A stretch of DNA of 64,000 nt, from contig JAUIER010000001.1 of assembly GCA_030429765.1 (NCBI GenBank), positions 129,302 to 193,301 on the forward strand, in the 5' to 3' direction. Every line of letters begins with the position of its first letter. Position 1 is the first letter of the stretch. Below the pieces are notes generated by a model that was not told where the DNA came from, did no database searches, and saw nothing but the letters and a program-made list of their open reading frames with translations. A program made the position numbers and the translations under genes. Positions 9,451 to 17,903 of this stretch are shown in pieces. This DNA is from a bacterium. Its GTDB lineage: Bacteria; Omnitrophota; Gorgyraeia; Zapsychrales; Zapsychraceae.

Positions 9451-10878
9451 ATGTTATCCAACCGGTATCAATATACCATCCGGCGTCTGATTTATTCATG
9501 CGCCATCGTGTTTCTATCCCTATTTTCAAATGTGATCTATGCGCCGGCGATGGATCGGTCACCCCAGTCCGAGTCACATGACCGTGAGTGGGTCGTGATT
9601 TGGCATGACGAATTTGACGGTGATCGTGTCAATCCTGCCAAATGGCGCATTGAAGACGCCGCGCTGATCAAAAACAACGAACAGCAATACTACACGCCGG
9701 AAGATGTGTATCTGGAAGACGGACATCTGGTACTCCGCAGTCAGCAGCGTCCGATGGGCGGACGTGATTACACATCCGGATTGGTCGAGACCAAGGGGTT
9801 GTTTACATTCACCTACGGGCGGGTGGAGGTGCGCGCGCGATTACCCAAGGGTAAAGGCATTTGGCCGGCGCACTGGATGATGAACGCCGTCGGAACCTGG
9901 CCGCCCGAGATCGACATCATGGAGATGTTGGGGCATCGGCCAACCAAGATTCATATGACCAATCACTTTGGTGTTCATCCACGCAACTCCCGGCACGGCG
10001 GGTATTATGAAGGGCCGGACTATTCAGCAGACTTTCACACCTATGCGATTGAGTGGACACCGGACGAAATAAAATGGTTTATCGACGGTGTTGAACGGTT
10101 TAGCACGCGAAAGTATGTTCATGATGTCCCGTTTTACATTATTCTCAACACGGCGGTCGGCGGCAATTGGCCGGGCTACCCGGATGAGACTACGGAGTTT
10201 CCGCAGTATCACCACATTGACTACGTTCGCGTTTACAAAAAGAATGTGCCGGGGACGGGATTTGTGTATCTGACAGCTGAACATGGACAGGTGAGCCAGC
10301 AGCCGAACGAACACCGTTATGCCTTGGGTACGACGATTCAGTTGGCGGCCAAGCCCGATATCGGATATAAATTTTCGCATTGGACAGGTGATTTGGAAGG
10401 GACCCAGAATCCGTTGGATCTGACCATCGCCGGCAATGTTCGGGCGGCAGCAGTTTTTGCTGAAGATCCGGACGCCCCCGGATTAATTTCGTCCCGGGCG
10501 GCGGTGCTGTCATCCTCGCAGGAAAGCGATCAATTGGGGCCGGCCAACGTGGTGGATGGAAATCTGGGAACGCGTTGGTCCTCAGAGTTTTCAGATCCGC
10601 AATGGATCCAGATTGATTTGGGGGAAGCTCGTTTGATTGAGGCGATGCGGCTGAATTGGGAGAATGCGTTTGCCCGGAGTTATGCGATCGCGGTATCCGA
10701 TGATGCCCTCACATGGAGTACGGTCTATGCCAAGGCCGATTCTAACGGAGGGGTTCATAACATACGGCTGGTCCAATCCGTCTCGGCCCGCTACATCCGG
10801 CTTACGGGAACGGAGCGGGGCACTCAATGGGGCTATTCACTCTGGGAATTTGAGGTATTCGGTCAATCGCAGGAGTAG
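9451..10878 (+). CDS. glycoside hydrolase family 16 (beta-glucanase/laminarinase-like) with C-terminal F5/8 type C (discoidin) domain
   Basis: GH16 catalytic motif EIDIMEM; WHDEFDG; C-terminal RWSSEFSDPQWIQIDLG typical of discoidin domains; N-terminal signal/TM. Confidence 0.75.
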   Translation: MLSNRYQYTIRRLIYSCAIVFLSLFSNVIYAPAMDRSPQSESHDREWVVIWHDEFDGDRVNPAKWRIEDAALIKNNEQQYYTPEDVYLEDGHLVLRSQQRPMGGRDYTSGLVETKGLFTFTYGRVEVRARLPKGKGIWPAHWMMNAVGTWPPEIDIMEMLGHRPTKIHMTNHFGVHPRNSRHGGYYEGPDYSADFHTYAIEWTPDEIKWFIDGVERFSTRKYVHDVPFYIILNTAVGGNWPGYPDETTEFPQYHHIDYVRVYKKNVPGTGFVYLTAEHGQVSQQPNEHRYALGTTIQLAAKPDIGYKFSHWTGDLEGTQNPLDLTIAGNVRAAAVFAEDPDAPGLISSRAAVLSSSQESDQLGPANVVDGNLGTRWSSEFSDPQWIQIDLGEARLIEAMRLNWENAFARSYAIAVSDDALTWSTVYAKADSNGGVHNIRLVQSVSARYIRLTGTERGTQWGYSLWEFEVFGQSQE

Positions 10879-10933
10879 CAAAGACAGTCGATATTTGCTT
10901 TGTCAGGGCCTTGGATTAACGGTACAATTAATT

Positions 10934-11338
10934 ATGCAAAAAGGTTTCACGCTTCTTGAACTGATCATTGTGATCATCATCGTCGGTGTGTTGGCGTCGC
11001 TGGCCTTGCCACGGTTCTTCAGTATGGTGGAATTCGCCCGATCAGCCGAGGCCATGTCATCATTGATGACCGTACGGCAGTCGATACTTCGCTGCGGTCA
11101 ATATAACAATAACTATATGGGCTGCGATACCTTCGCCGATATCGATATTGATGATCCGGGCTCTGAGCCGGGCGCGCATTTTTCCTATGCCTGGACGGTT
11201 ACCAGCGCCGACGCCTTCACCGTAACCGCTACTCGTAATACCATCAACGGCGGCTCCGCGGGAGACACCGTTGTCGTGTCTGTCGCCCCGGCCGGCATCA
11301 GCCGCTCGGGCACTTCCGCCTTTGCCGGAATCAAGTAA
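10934..11338 (+). CDS. type IV pilin-like / pseudopilin protein with prepilin N-terminal methylation motif
   Basis: MQKGFTLLELIIVIIIVGVLASLALP = class III signal (G|FTLLE) ; ORF-track start at 10664 overlaps upstream gene, internal ATG used. Confidence 0.7.
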   Translation: MQKGFTLLELIIVIIIVGVLASLALPRFFSMVEFARSAEAMSSLMTVRQSILRCGQYNNNYMGCDTFADIDIDDPGSEPGAHFSYAWTVTSADAFTVTATRNTINGGSAGDTVVVSVAPAGISRSGTSAFAGIK

Positions 11339-11433
11339 AATTCCCTCACGAACCTACCCAGCCGTCCTCGCATTTATCTTTATCGACCGGGATGATATAA
11401 TACTTTATATTTAATCTACGGAGAATTGAACAT

Positions 11434-11766
11434 ATGGACGACAAACGACTGAAACTATTGTCTCAGGTGCGGATGAAGATCGCGCTGTGCAGCGCGCTGT
11501 TTTTGTTTATTTCGATCTCCATTTGTACCCGAAAGCTGCTGGGATGGTCGGTATTCGGGGAGGCCTTTGAATTTATTTTTTTCTGTCTGGGATTTGTGAC
11601 ATGTATGGCGGCCTATCAAAAATGTGAAGATGTGATGGACAGCGAATACAAGCAGATACGGACCGGGATTATGCAATGGTATTTTATCGTATCGATGACC
11701 ATGTTTGCGGCCTTCGCGGCGCTGGAGTTATTGTTATTATTGAAATCTCTAAAAGAGCCGTTTTAG
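11434..11766 (+). CDS. small membrane protein (110 aa)
   Basis: three hydrophobic helices; no motif. Confidence 0.3.
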   Translation: MDDKRLKLLSQVRMKIALCSALFLFISISICTRKLLGWSVFGEAFEFIFFCLGFVTCMAAYQKCEDVMDSEYKQIRTGIMQWYFIVSMTMFAAFAALELLLLLKSLKEPF

Positions 11767-11772
11767 TCAAAA

Positions 11773-12102
11773 ATGAAGATGCATAAATGTCCCAGTTGTG
11801 GAGAGGATGGAATTACAGCGGATGGATTTCTGAATTCTTCTCGAGAACATGAAGCCCAGTGTACTAGCTGCGGAATTTATTACTTCTCAGAAGTTCAAGT
11901 GACTTGGGCCGAAGGCACTTTTCTGATTTTTGATTTCATATTCATAGGCGGCGGGCTCATTACCTTGATTTTGGCTTTTGTATATCCTATATTCGGGATT
12001 CTACTTGTTACATTAATTATAGTTCGACTAGTTTATGCGTATTTGATAGAGCGTAGGGGGAAGATTCGTAGAATCCTTATTCGAGGAAAGGATTATATGT
12101 GA
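11773..12102 (+). CDS. zinc-ribbon membrane protein (109 aa)
   Basis: CPSCG...CTSCG double CxxC followed by two TM helices. Confidence 0.4.
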   Translation: MKMHKCPSCGEDGITADGFLNSSREHEAQCTSCGIYYFSEVQVTWAEGTFLIFDFIFIGGGLITLILAFVYPIFGILLVTLIIVRLVYAYLIERRGKIRRILIRGKDYM

Positions 12103-12127
12103 TGGATACGTTAGAGAGTAAGACGGA

Positions 12128-12328
12128 CTATCGATACTTACTCTTATAATAATAATACCCCGACATCACGAGGCAGTGGGCGGCATATAGGTAGAGCATG
12201 ATCTTCCAATGGCGTCCTCTGGAGATCAGGGCCACGAGAATGGCCACACAAATAAATCCAATAAGCACATTGCGTTCACGCTGAAGGATTTTGTTGAATT
12301 TGAGTTTCATACATAAACATTCTAGCAC
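12128..12328 (-). CDS. small membrane protein (66 aa)
   Basis: single hydrophobic helix; only clear minus-strand ORF in this block. Confidence 0.25.
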   Translation of the reverse strand: MLECLCMKLKFNKILQRERNVLIGFICVAILVALISRGRHWKIMLYLYAAHCLVMSGYYYYKSKYR

Positions 12329-12337
12329 ACAGAGAAT

Positions 12338-12721
12338 ATGAATCGAATCGTTAAAAGATGGGCCGGAATTTATTTTCTGTTTCAGGGGATATCCGGTCTA
12401 GTTTGGTGGAGTGTACTGTTGATCGTGCCGGAAAGTCGGTCTGTATTTTTTCCGGTTATCCCCGAGATTGCATTATTGGGGTTTTGGCTGGCCGACTTTG
12501 TGTTTTTTATTTTGGGATCATTGTTGTTGGGTTTTACTCTGATAGCAGGATTTTCGATGAATCGGCTTTTGTTTGGTGCTGTCGCAGGCGGGATTGTTTA
12601 TGCCGGACTTTATTGTTTGGGGTTGAGTATTCTGTCAATGTCCGGGTGGATGTGGACTATACTAATGATCGGTGCATCTGCTATAACGATTTATTTGGTT
12701 TGGGTGTGCGTAAATGAATAG
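12338..12721 (+). CDS. membrane protein (127 aa, 4 TM)
   Basis: hydrophobic profile; its stop overlaps the next gene start (translational coupling). Confidence 0.4.
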   Translation: MNRIVKRWAGIYFLFQGISGLVWWSVLLIVPESRSVFFPVIPEIALLGFWLADFVFFILGSLLLGFTLIAGFSMNRLLFGAVAGGIVYAGLYCLGLSILSMSGWMWTILMIGASAITIYLVWVCVNE

Positions 12722-13262
12722 ATTTTTGAATCAATTCAAAGTTTCACGCTCTGATCGCACCAGTTGGAATGTCATGAAGACCATGCTGCAAACTTCAGTG
12801 TTTTGGAGCATTTTTTTGTGGATTCTACCCGTCGGGATTCAACATATAGAATCTGGGATGGGGCTTAATCCGTTTGAGTTTGCAGGGCAGAAGCACGTGG
12901 CTGTTGTGATTTTTGTTTGCGCCAGCGTTTTAGGTCTCGCGAGTGGGCTGACCATGTCGGCCAGAGGCGTCGGGACACCTTTGCCGTTAGATTGTCCTCA
13001 AAAATTAGTCGTGACTGGACCCTACCGATATGTACGCAATCCAATGGCCATTGCCGGCCTGTCTCAGGGATTTGCTGTTGGTCTGGGCTTGGGATCAATA
13101 GGTGTGATCCTTTATGTCGTGATTGGCATGTTTGTTTGGAATCAGTGGGTCCGACCGATTGAGGAATTGGACCTGTTAAACAGGTTTCAGCAGGCTTACA
13201 CCGAATATTGCGGACAGGTCCGATGCTGGATTCCAAATTTCGATGGATATCAGCCAAAATAG
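12714..13262 (+). CDS. isoprenylcysteine carboxyl methyltransferase (ICMT)/phospholipid methyltransferase family membrane protein
   Basis: LVVTGPYRYVRNPMAIAGL matches the ICMT/PEMT family signature (G.Y...RNP.Y.G); multiple TM. Confidence 0.6.
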   Translation: MNRFLNQFKVSRSDRTSWNVMKTMLQTSVFWSIFLWILPVGIQHIESGMGLNPFEFAGQKHVAVVIFVCASVLGLASGLTMSARGVGTPLPLDCPQKLVVTGPYRYVRNPMAIAGLSQGFAVGLGLGSIGVILYVVIGMFVWNQWVRPIEELDLLNRFQQAYTEYCGQVRCWIPNFDGYQPK

Positions 13263-13357
13263 TCACGGCTCAGGTTGTCGGTTTCCATCTTGAGGTCTGT
13301 CGGCTCAAGGGGTAAAATGAAGCCAATAGTTGAGATTGATCCGTAAATAAACGAAAG

Positions 13358-16096
13358 GTGGGGATGGAATTTTATCCGTTAATTTGGATGGCCAGTTTGA
13401 TCGGGTCAGCCGTGATCTGCAGTCAAAAGGGTGTCAGTCGATGGTATATCTTCTGGACGCTGTTTTTGGGGCCACTGGGATTGTTGATCACCTGGCTGGC
13501 CACGCCAAGTACCGGGCCCCGGGAGTCGCAGCAGATCATTGATCTCAAGGAAGAGATTACACATCTCAAGCTGAATGTGGCCGATCTACAACGTCGGATG
13601 CGTGAGGTGGAGTCCTCTAAAGCTCCGGTGCAGCCGGCCCCACCAATAGAGGCGGATGTCCCCTCCGAACCGGTCACCGAAGCGAAGGGATCAGAACCCG
13701 AGGCGCGGCCGGTTGAGATTGATGAAACTCCCTCGGAACCTGAAGTGGTTCTTCCGCCATCAGATTTTGACAGTCTAGTTGAATCCTCACCACTGCGTTC
13801 CAAACCTCAATGTTCGCCAAGCGCCATGCAGGCCGCTACTCAAAAGGTTACGCAATCACGCGAGCCGTCCAAGGCGGAAATCAATTTCGGTCAGTTTTGG
13901 CTGAACAAGATCGGGATTGTCATCTTCACGCTGGGGATCGGATTTTTTATCAGCTATTCATTTAAATATTTTCCGCCGATCGTTAAAAACGCGTTTGGTT
14001 ACGCGATTGCCGGCGGCTTGTTTTATCTCGGTCGTCGTTTTGAAAAAGACCGGCAGATGCGCCATTACGGGTTGGCCTTGATGGGCGCCGGCTGGGCGCT
14101 GACCTATTTTGTCACGTACGCCCTGCATCACTTTGACGCGTCGCGTGTGATTGACAATCAAATCGTCGACATGTGTCTGCTGTTCGTGGTGGCGGCGGGG
14201 ATGATGTGGCATTCGATGAAGGTCAAGTCCGAGACGATGATGATGGTCAGTCTGGGTACGGCCTATGTCACATCGCTGGTCGGGACGGTGACGGCTTTTA
14301 CCTTTGTCAGCTCGATGATTTTGGGATGTGTCGCGGTGTTTTTACTCTATCGGTTTCAGTGGGTCAAGACGTTGTTCCTGGGCATCGGTATGACATACGG
14401 GATCCATCAGTTTTTTATTGCGCCGTCGTGGGGGATTTTTGATGCTTTGATAGATCACGGTTCACGGCCGGAACCCCGATTAAACCTGATGTTTCTGTCG
14501 GCCTATTGGGCGCTGTTTTTTATAGGAACGCATGTGGTGCGCGGGACGGATGATTGGCAAAAAAATTGTGTATCGGCCGCAAACTTTATGAACTTCACAT
14601 TATTCTTTGTGATGAGCGGTGGGCTGTTTCAGACGTATTATCCGGACTATCGTGTGATCACGTTGGTCCTGATGGCCGTCGTCTATGCCGCGGCCGGAGT
14701 ATACGGACGGGTTCGCGGGCAGCGGATTTTGTACGCCGGTGACTGCGTCGTGGCCGTGTTCGCGTTGACCCTGGCGACGTCCATTCAATACTTGCCGCAG
14801 ACCAGTCTGATGATCGCTTTGATTCAAACGCCGTTCCTGTATTTTATGGGAACGCGGTTTAAGGACCGTGTCCTCAAATATCTCAGTTTCGGATTGAGCG
14901 GATACGCGTTGATCCGATTTGTGATCGCGCTCACGGATGTCCTGCGGCCGTACCATGCCTATGGAGCGGAGCCAGTTTATGAGTGGACGGCGTTGGTGGG
15001 CACACTGGCGATGGGGGCCTGTTTTTGGTTGGCTCGACCCGCATCGACCGAGCGGACCGACACACTCCTGGACATCAAAGATGCCTTTGTTGTCCTGACA
15101 TCATTTTATCTCAACGCGTTTCTTTGGCTGAAATTTGACGGACCATGGCTGCCTTTGGTTGTTTTCCTAGAGGTCCCGTTGATGATATGGGCGGCCCGCC
15201 GAATCCGTGAGGATATGTTACACATCGTCGCGCAGGTCTTGACCTGGTTGGCCGTGTGTTTGCTGTTCATTGATTTTCCGACGAGTAACAAGACGGTTGG
15301 AGTTGGATTTTTGGGGCTATCCTGGACGAACGTGGAGTGGACATTCCTTTTAGGGAGCGTTTGTTTGTGGATCAGTTGGGCGTTGAGTCGGTATACGCGT
15401 GTGTCGGATCAAGAGGACGTGATCGGCGGATTGACGGAGCAGGCGTACTCCGCGTTGGCCGCCTTTTTAATGACGTGTTGGGTTTTGTCAGTATTCGAGC
15501 GACACTGGATGACCGTTGCTTTGACGGTGGAAGCCCTGGCCCTGTTTGGATTATCCCGCGGGTTCAATCTCAAACGGTTACGGATTTACGCGTATATTGT
15601 TTTGGGAATTGTGCTTGCTCGGTTTATTGGTGTGGATCGGTACGCATCGCTGGGCGGCGGACAATGGCTGATGATCGCTTTCGAATTAGTGAGTGTTTTT
15701 GGGCTGTACGTTGTCTCCACTCTCGAACGGGAAGACAGCGCGAATGATGAGACCATTGAAGTTGAATCCGGCGGAATATTTTTCGGGTTTATCCTCATGA
15801 CGCTGTGGAGTATTTTCAAATATGCCGCATGGGGGTGGCGGTCGCTGTGTCTCGGGGTGGGAGGGGTATTGCTGATCCTCTTTGGACTGGTCCGGCAGGA
15901 CAAGGTGTCGCGAATCGGCGGTTTTGGACTGTTGGCGTTGTCATTAGTCAGGATCATTCTCGTCGATCTGGCCCGCCTGCCGACGATTTTTAAGATCATC
16001 AGTTTTATTATCATCGGAGGTCTTTTGCTGGGCTTGTCTTTCATGTATAATAAAAGCTTTTCCGGAGACAAATCTGATTCTCCATCCGATTCCTGA
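13358..16096 (+). CDS. large polytopic membrane protein (912 aa), DUF2339-like architecture
   Basis: N-terminal TM pair, coiled-coil (IIDLKEEITHLKLNVADLQRRMREVE), Pro/Glu-rich linker, then more than 20 hydrophobic helices. Confidence 0.5.
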   Translation: MGMEFYPLIWMASLIGSAVICSQKGVSRWYIFWTLFLGPLGLLITWLATPSTGPRESQQIIDLKEEITHLKLNVADLQRRMREVESSKAPVQPAPPIEADVPSEPVTEAKGSEPEARPVEIDETPSEPEVVLPPSDFDSLVESSPLRSKPQCSPSAMQAATQKVTQSREPSKAEINFGQFWLNKIGIVIFTLGIGFFISYSFKYFPPIVKNAFGYAIAGGLFYLGRRFEKDRQMRHYGLALMGAGWALTYFVTYALHHFDASRVIDNQIVDMCLLFVVAAGMMWHSMKVKSETMMMVSLGTAYVTSLVGTVTAFTFVSSMILGCVAVFLLYRFQWVKTLFLGIGMTYGIHQFFIAPSWGIFDALIDHGSRPEPRLNLMFLSAYWALFFIGTHVVRGTDDWQKNCVSAANFMNFTLFFVMSGGLFQTYYPDYRVITLVLMAVVYAAAGVYGRVRGQRILYAGDCVVAVFALTLATSIQYLPQTSLMIALIQTPFLYFMGTRFKDRVLKYLSFGLSGYALIRFVIALTDVLRPYHAYGAEPVYEWTALVGTLAMGACFWLARPASTERTDTLLDIKDAFVVLTSFYLNAFLWLKFDGPWLPLVVFLEVPLMIWAARRIREDMLHIVAQVLTWLAVCLLFIDFPTSNKTVGVGFLGLSWTNVEWTFLLGSVCLWISWALSRYTRVSDQEDVIGGLTEQAYSALAAFLMTCWVLSVFERHWMTVALTVEALALFGLSRGFNLKRLRIYAYIVLGIVLARFIGVDRYASLGGGQWLMIAFELVSVFGLYVVSTLEREDSANDETIEVESGGIFFGFILMTLWSIFKYAAWGWRSLCLGVGGVLLILFGLVRQDKVSRIGGFGLLALSLVRIILVDLARLPTIFKIISFIIIGGLLLGLSFMYNKSFSGDKSDSPSDS

Positions 16097-16843
16097 TTGT
16101 TTATGCCGATTTATATCATTACAATTTGCCTTCAAGTGGCCTGCGCCGTGCACTGTATCAAGACACAGCGGAATTTCATGTGGTTGTGGCTGATCCTGCT
16201 GTTTCCCATCGTCGGCGTGCTGGTGTATTTGATTGTCGAGGTTGTCCCCGAGGTGCAGGGAGAGGCGGCCCGTATTCCCAAGAAAAAAATCCCGCGAAAT
16301 CCCGAGAAGCACATTCAAATGCTCAAGGATCAGATTGAGTTCAGTGATAGTATCGAGAACCGAGTTAATCTGGCCGAGGCGTACATGTCGCTCAAACGCT
16401 ATCCCGAAGCGATCGGTGTGTATCAGGAATGTCTAAAAGGTATGTACAGCGATGATTTCTATCTGCTGTTGGGATTGGCCTACGCCTATTTTAAAAACAA
16501 GGACTATGAACAGACGATTATGACGCTGGAAACCATTGAGGCGCAGGATACGTCCGAGAAGCTCAGGGAACGAAAGCTCCTCGAAGCGCAGAGCTATGAA
16601 CAATTGCAGAAGTATGATCAGGCCTTGAGCCTGTATCAGAGCATTATCAATTCTATTGGTGAGGAAGCGCGCTGTCGCTGCGCGTTGCTGCTATGGAAAA
16701 TGGAGCGCAAAGAAGAGGCGGCCAAACTGTTTAAGGAAATTCAGGTCAATGCCAAACACTCGGACGCTAAATACCGACGGGAACAGAAGGCCTGGATCGA
16801 TGCCGCCCGAAAAATGCTCGATCAAATGAATAAAACATCGTGA
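16097..16843 (+). CDS. membrane-anchored TPR-repeat protein
   Basis: two N-terminal TM helices followed by TPR-like Ala/Tyr/Leu helical repeats (AEAYMSLKRYPEAIGVYQECL, LGLAYAYFKNKDYEQT). Confidence 0.55.
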   Translation: MFMPIYIITICLQVACAVHCIKTQRNFMWLWLILLFPIVGVLVYLIVEVVPEVQGEAARIPKKKIPRNPEKHIQMLKDQIEFSDSIENRVNLAEAYMSLKRYPEAIGVYQECLKGMYSDDFYLLLGLAYAYFKNKDYEQTIMTLETIEAQDTSEKLRERKLLEAQSYEQLQKYDQALSLYQSIINSIGEEARCRCALLLWKMERKEEAAKLFKEIQVNAKHSDAKYRREQKAWIDAARKMLDQMNKTS

Positions 16844-16876
16844 TCGATTTTAAAGAACTACAAAGGAGTCAGGATT

Positions 16877-17716
16877 ATGGATTTAGAAGCAACCCTTAAG
16901 TCATTGGATATTAACACGATTATCGCCGTGGGCGGACCGATCTTGTTCAATCTGGTTTATGCGATCGTTATATTCGTCGTCGGAAAATGGTTGGCCAAGA
17001 GTCTGGCTAATGTCACGCATAAATTGATGAACCGCGCCAAGGTGGATGTGGCGTTGATTGGTTTTGTGACGGCGATTGTCCGCACGGGGATTACGGTTTT
17101 CGCGATTGTCGCGGCGATTGAAAAATTGGGAATTAAAACAACGGGATTTTTGGCGATCCTGGGGGCGGCCGGTTTGGCGATCGGAATGGCGTTACAGGGA
17201 ACCCTCTCTAATTTTGCGGCCGGTGTGATGTTGATTCTCTTTAAACCGTTTAGTGTCGGTGATTTTATTGAAGGTGGCGGCGTAACCGGGACTGTCAAGG
17301 AGATCCAGATCTTCAATACCGTGTTGAACACGGGAGATAACCGCAAGATCATCGTTCCCAATTCAAAAATTGGAGGTGATACCATTACCAATTATTCGGC
17401 GATCAGCCGACGCCGAGTGGATCTGGTTATCGGGGTCAGCTACGATGACGATCTCAAGCAGGCCAAATCCATCCTGATGAATATCCTGACCTCGGATGAA
17501 CGTGTTCTCAAAGATCCGGCCCCGGTGGTGGCCATCTCTGAGCTGGGTGACAGCAGTGTCAACATCATCGTCCGTCCTTGGGTGAAGCCTTCGGATTACT
17601 GGGCGGTCTACTGGGATACCTTGGAGAAGTCCAAATTTGAGCTCGAGGCGGCCGGATTATCGATTCCATATCCGCAACGGGATATCCATATGATTCCAGC
17701 GGAATCAAATGCCTAA
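16877..17716 (+). CDS. small-conductance mechanosensitive channel, MscS family
   Basis: 3 TM + conserved pore helix/beta-domain LAILGAAGLAIGMALQGTLSNFAAGVMLILFKPFSVGDFIE...TGTVKEIQIFNTVLNTGDNRKIIVPNSKI. Confidence 0.8.
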   Translation: MDLEATLKSLDINTIIAVGGPILFNLVYAIVIFVVGKWLAKSLANVTHKLMNRAKVDVALIGFVTAIVRTGITVFAIVAAIEKLGIKTTGFLAILGAAGLAIGMALQGTLSNFAAGVMLILFKPFSVGDFIEGGGVTGTVKEIQIFNTVLNTGDNRKIIVPNSKIGGDTITNYSAISRRRVDLVIGVSYDDDLKQAKSILMNILTSDERVLKDPAPVVAISELGDSSVNIIVRPWVKPSDYWAVYWDTLEKSKFELEAAGLSIPYPQRDIHMIPAESNA

Positions 17717-17812
17717 AAACGCGGATTCCGGGGGTGAAAGAATTTGTGCTTGGCGGGTGCGAATCTGTATGGTATCCTTATATATACGTTAAAAACGTGT
17801 TTTTCACACCAT

Positions 17813-17849
17813 ATTCCCCAATCCCGCAGTGAAACGTCTGTCTTTAGTT
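17813..17849 (+). promoter_or_regulatory. conserved upstream element ATTCCCCAATC-N18-CTTTAGTT, 55 nt before the paralog B start
   Basis: matches the element at 4983-5020. Confidence 0.4.
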
Positions 17850-17903
17850 TCTCAAACATAGAATTGTATCTTAAGTATAAAGCTTACAGGTGAGGGATTA
17901 TCT

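Noticed and set aside
10664-10933. N-terminal 90-codon extension of the pilin-like ORF in the ORF track
   Set aside because: Overlaps the 3' end of the GH16 gene in another frame. The prepilin motif MQKGFTLLEL starts at the internal ATG at 10934, which is the biologically sensible start.
12358-12717. 119-aa ORF overlapping the 12338-12721 membrane protein in another frame
   Set aside because: Cys/Arg-rich, no hydrophobic pattern; the alternative frame encodes a coherent 4-TM protein.
15586-16318. Minus-strand ORFs (161 aa, 124 aa) across the end of the DUF2339-like gene and the start of the TPR gene
   Set aside because: Antisense to strongly hydrophobic, clearly coding + strand genes; no RBS or motif.
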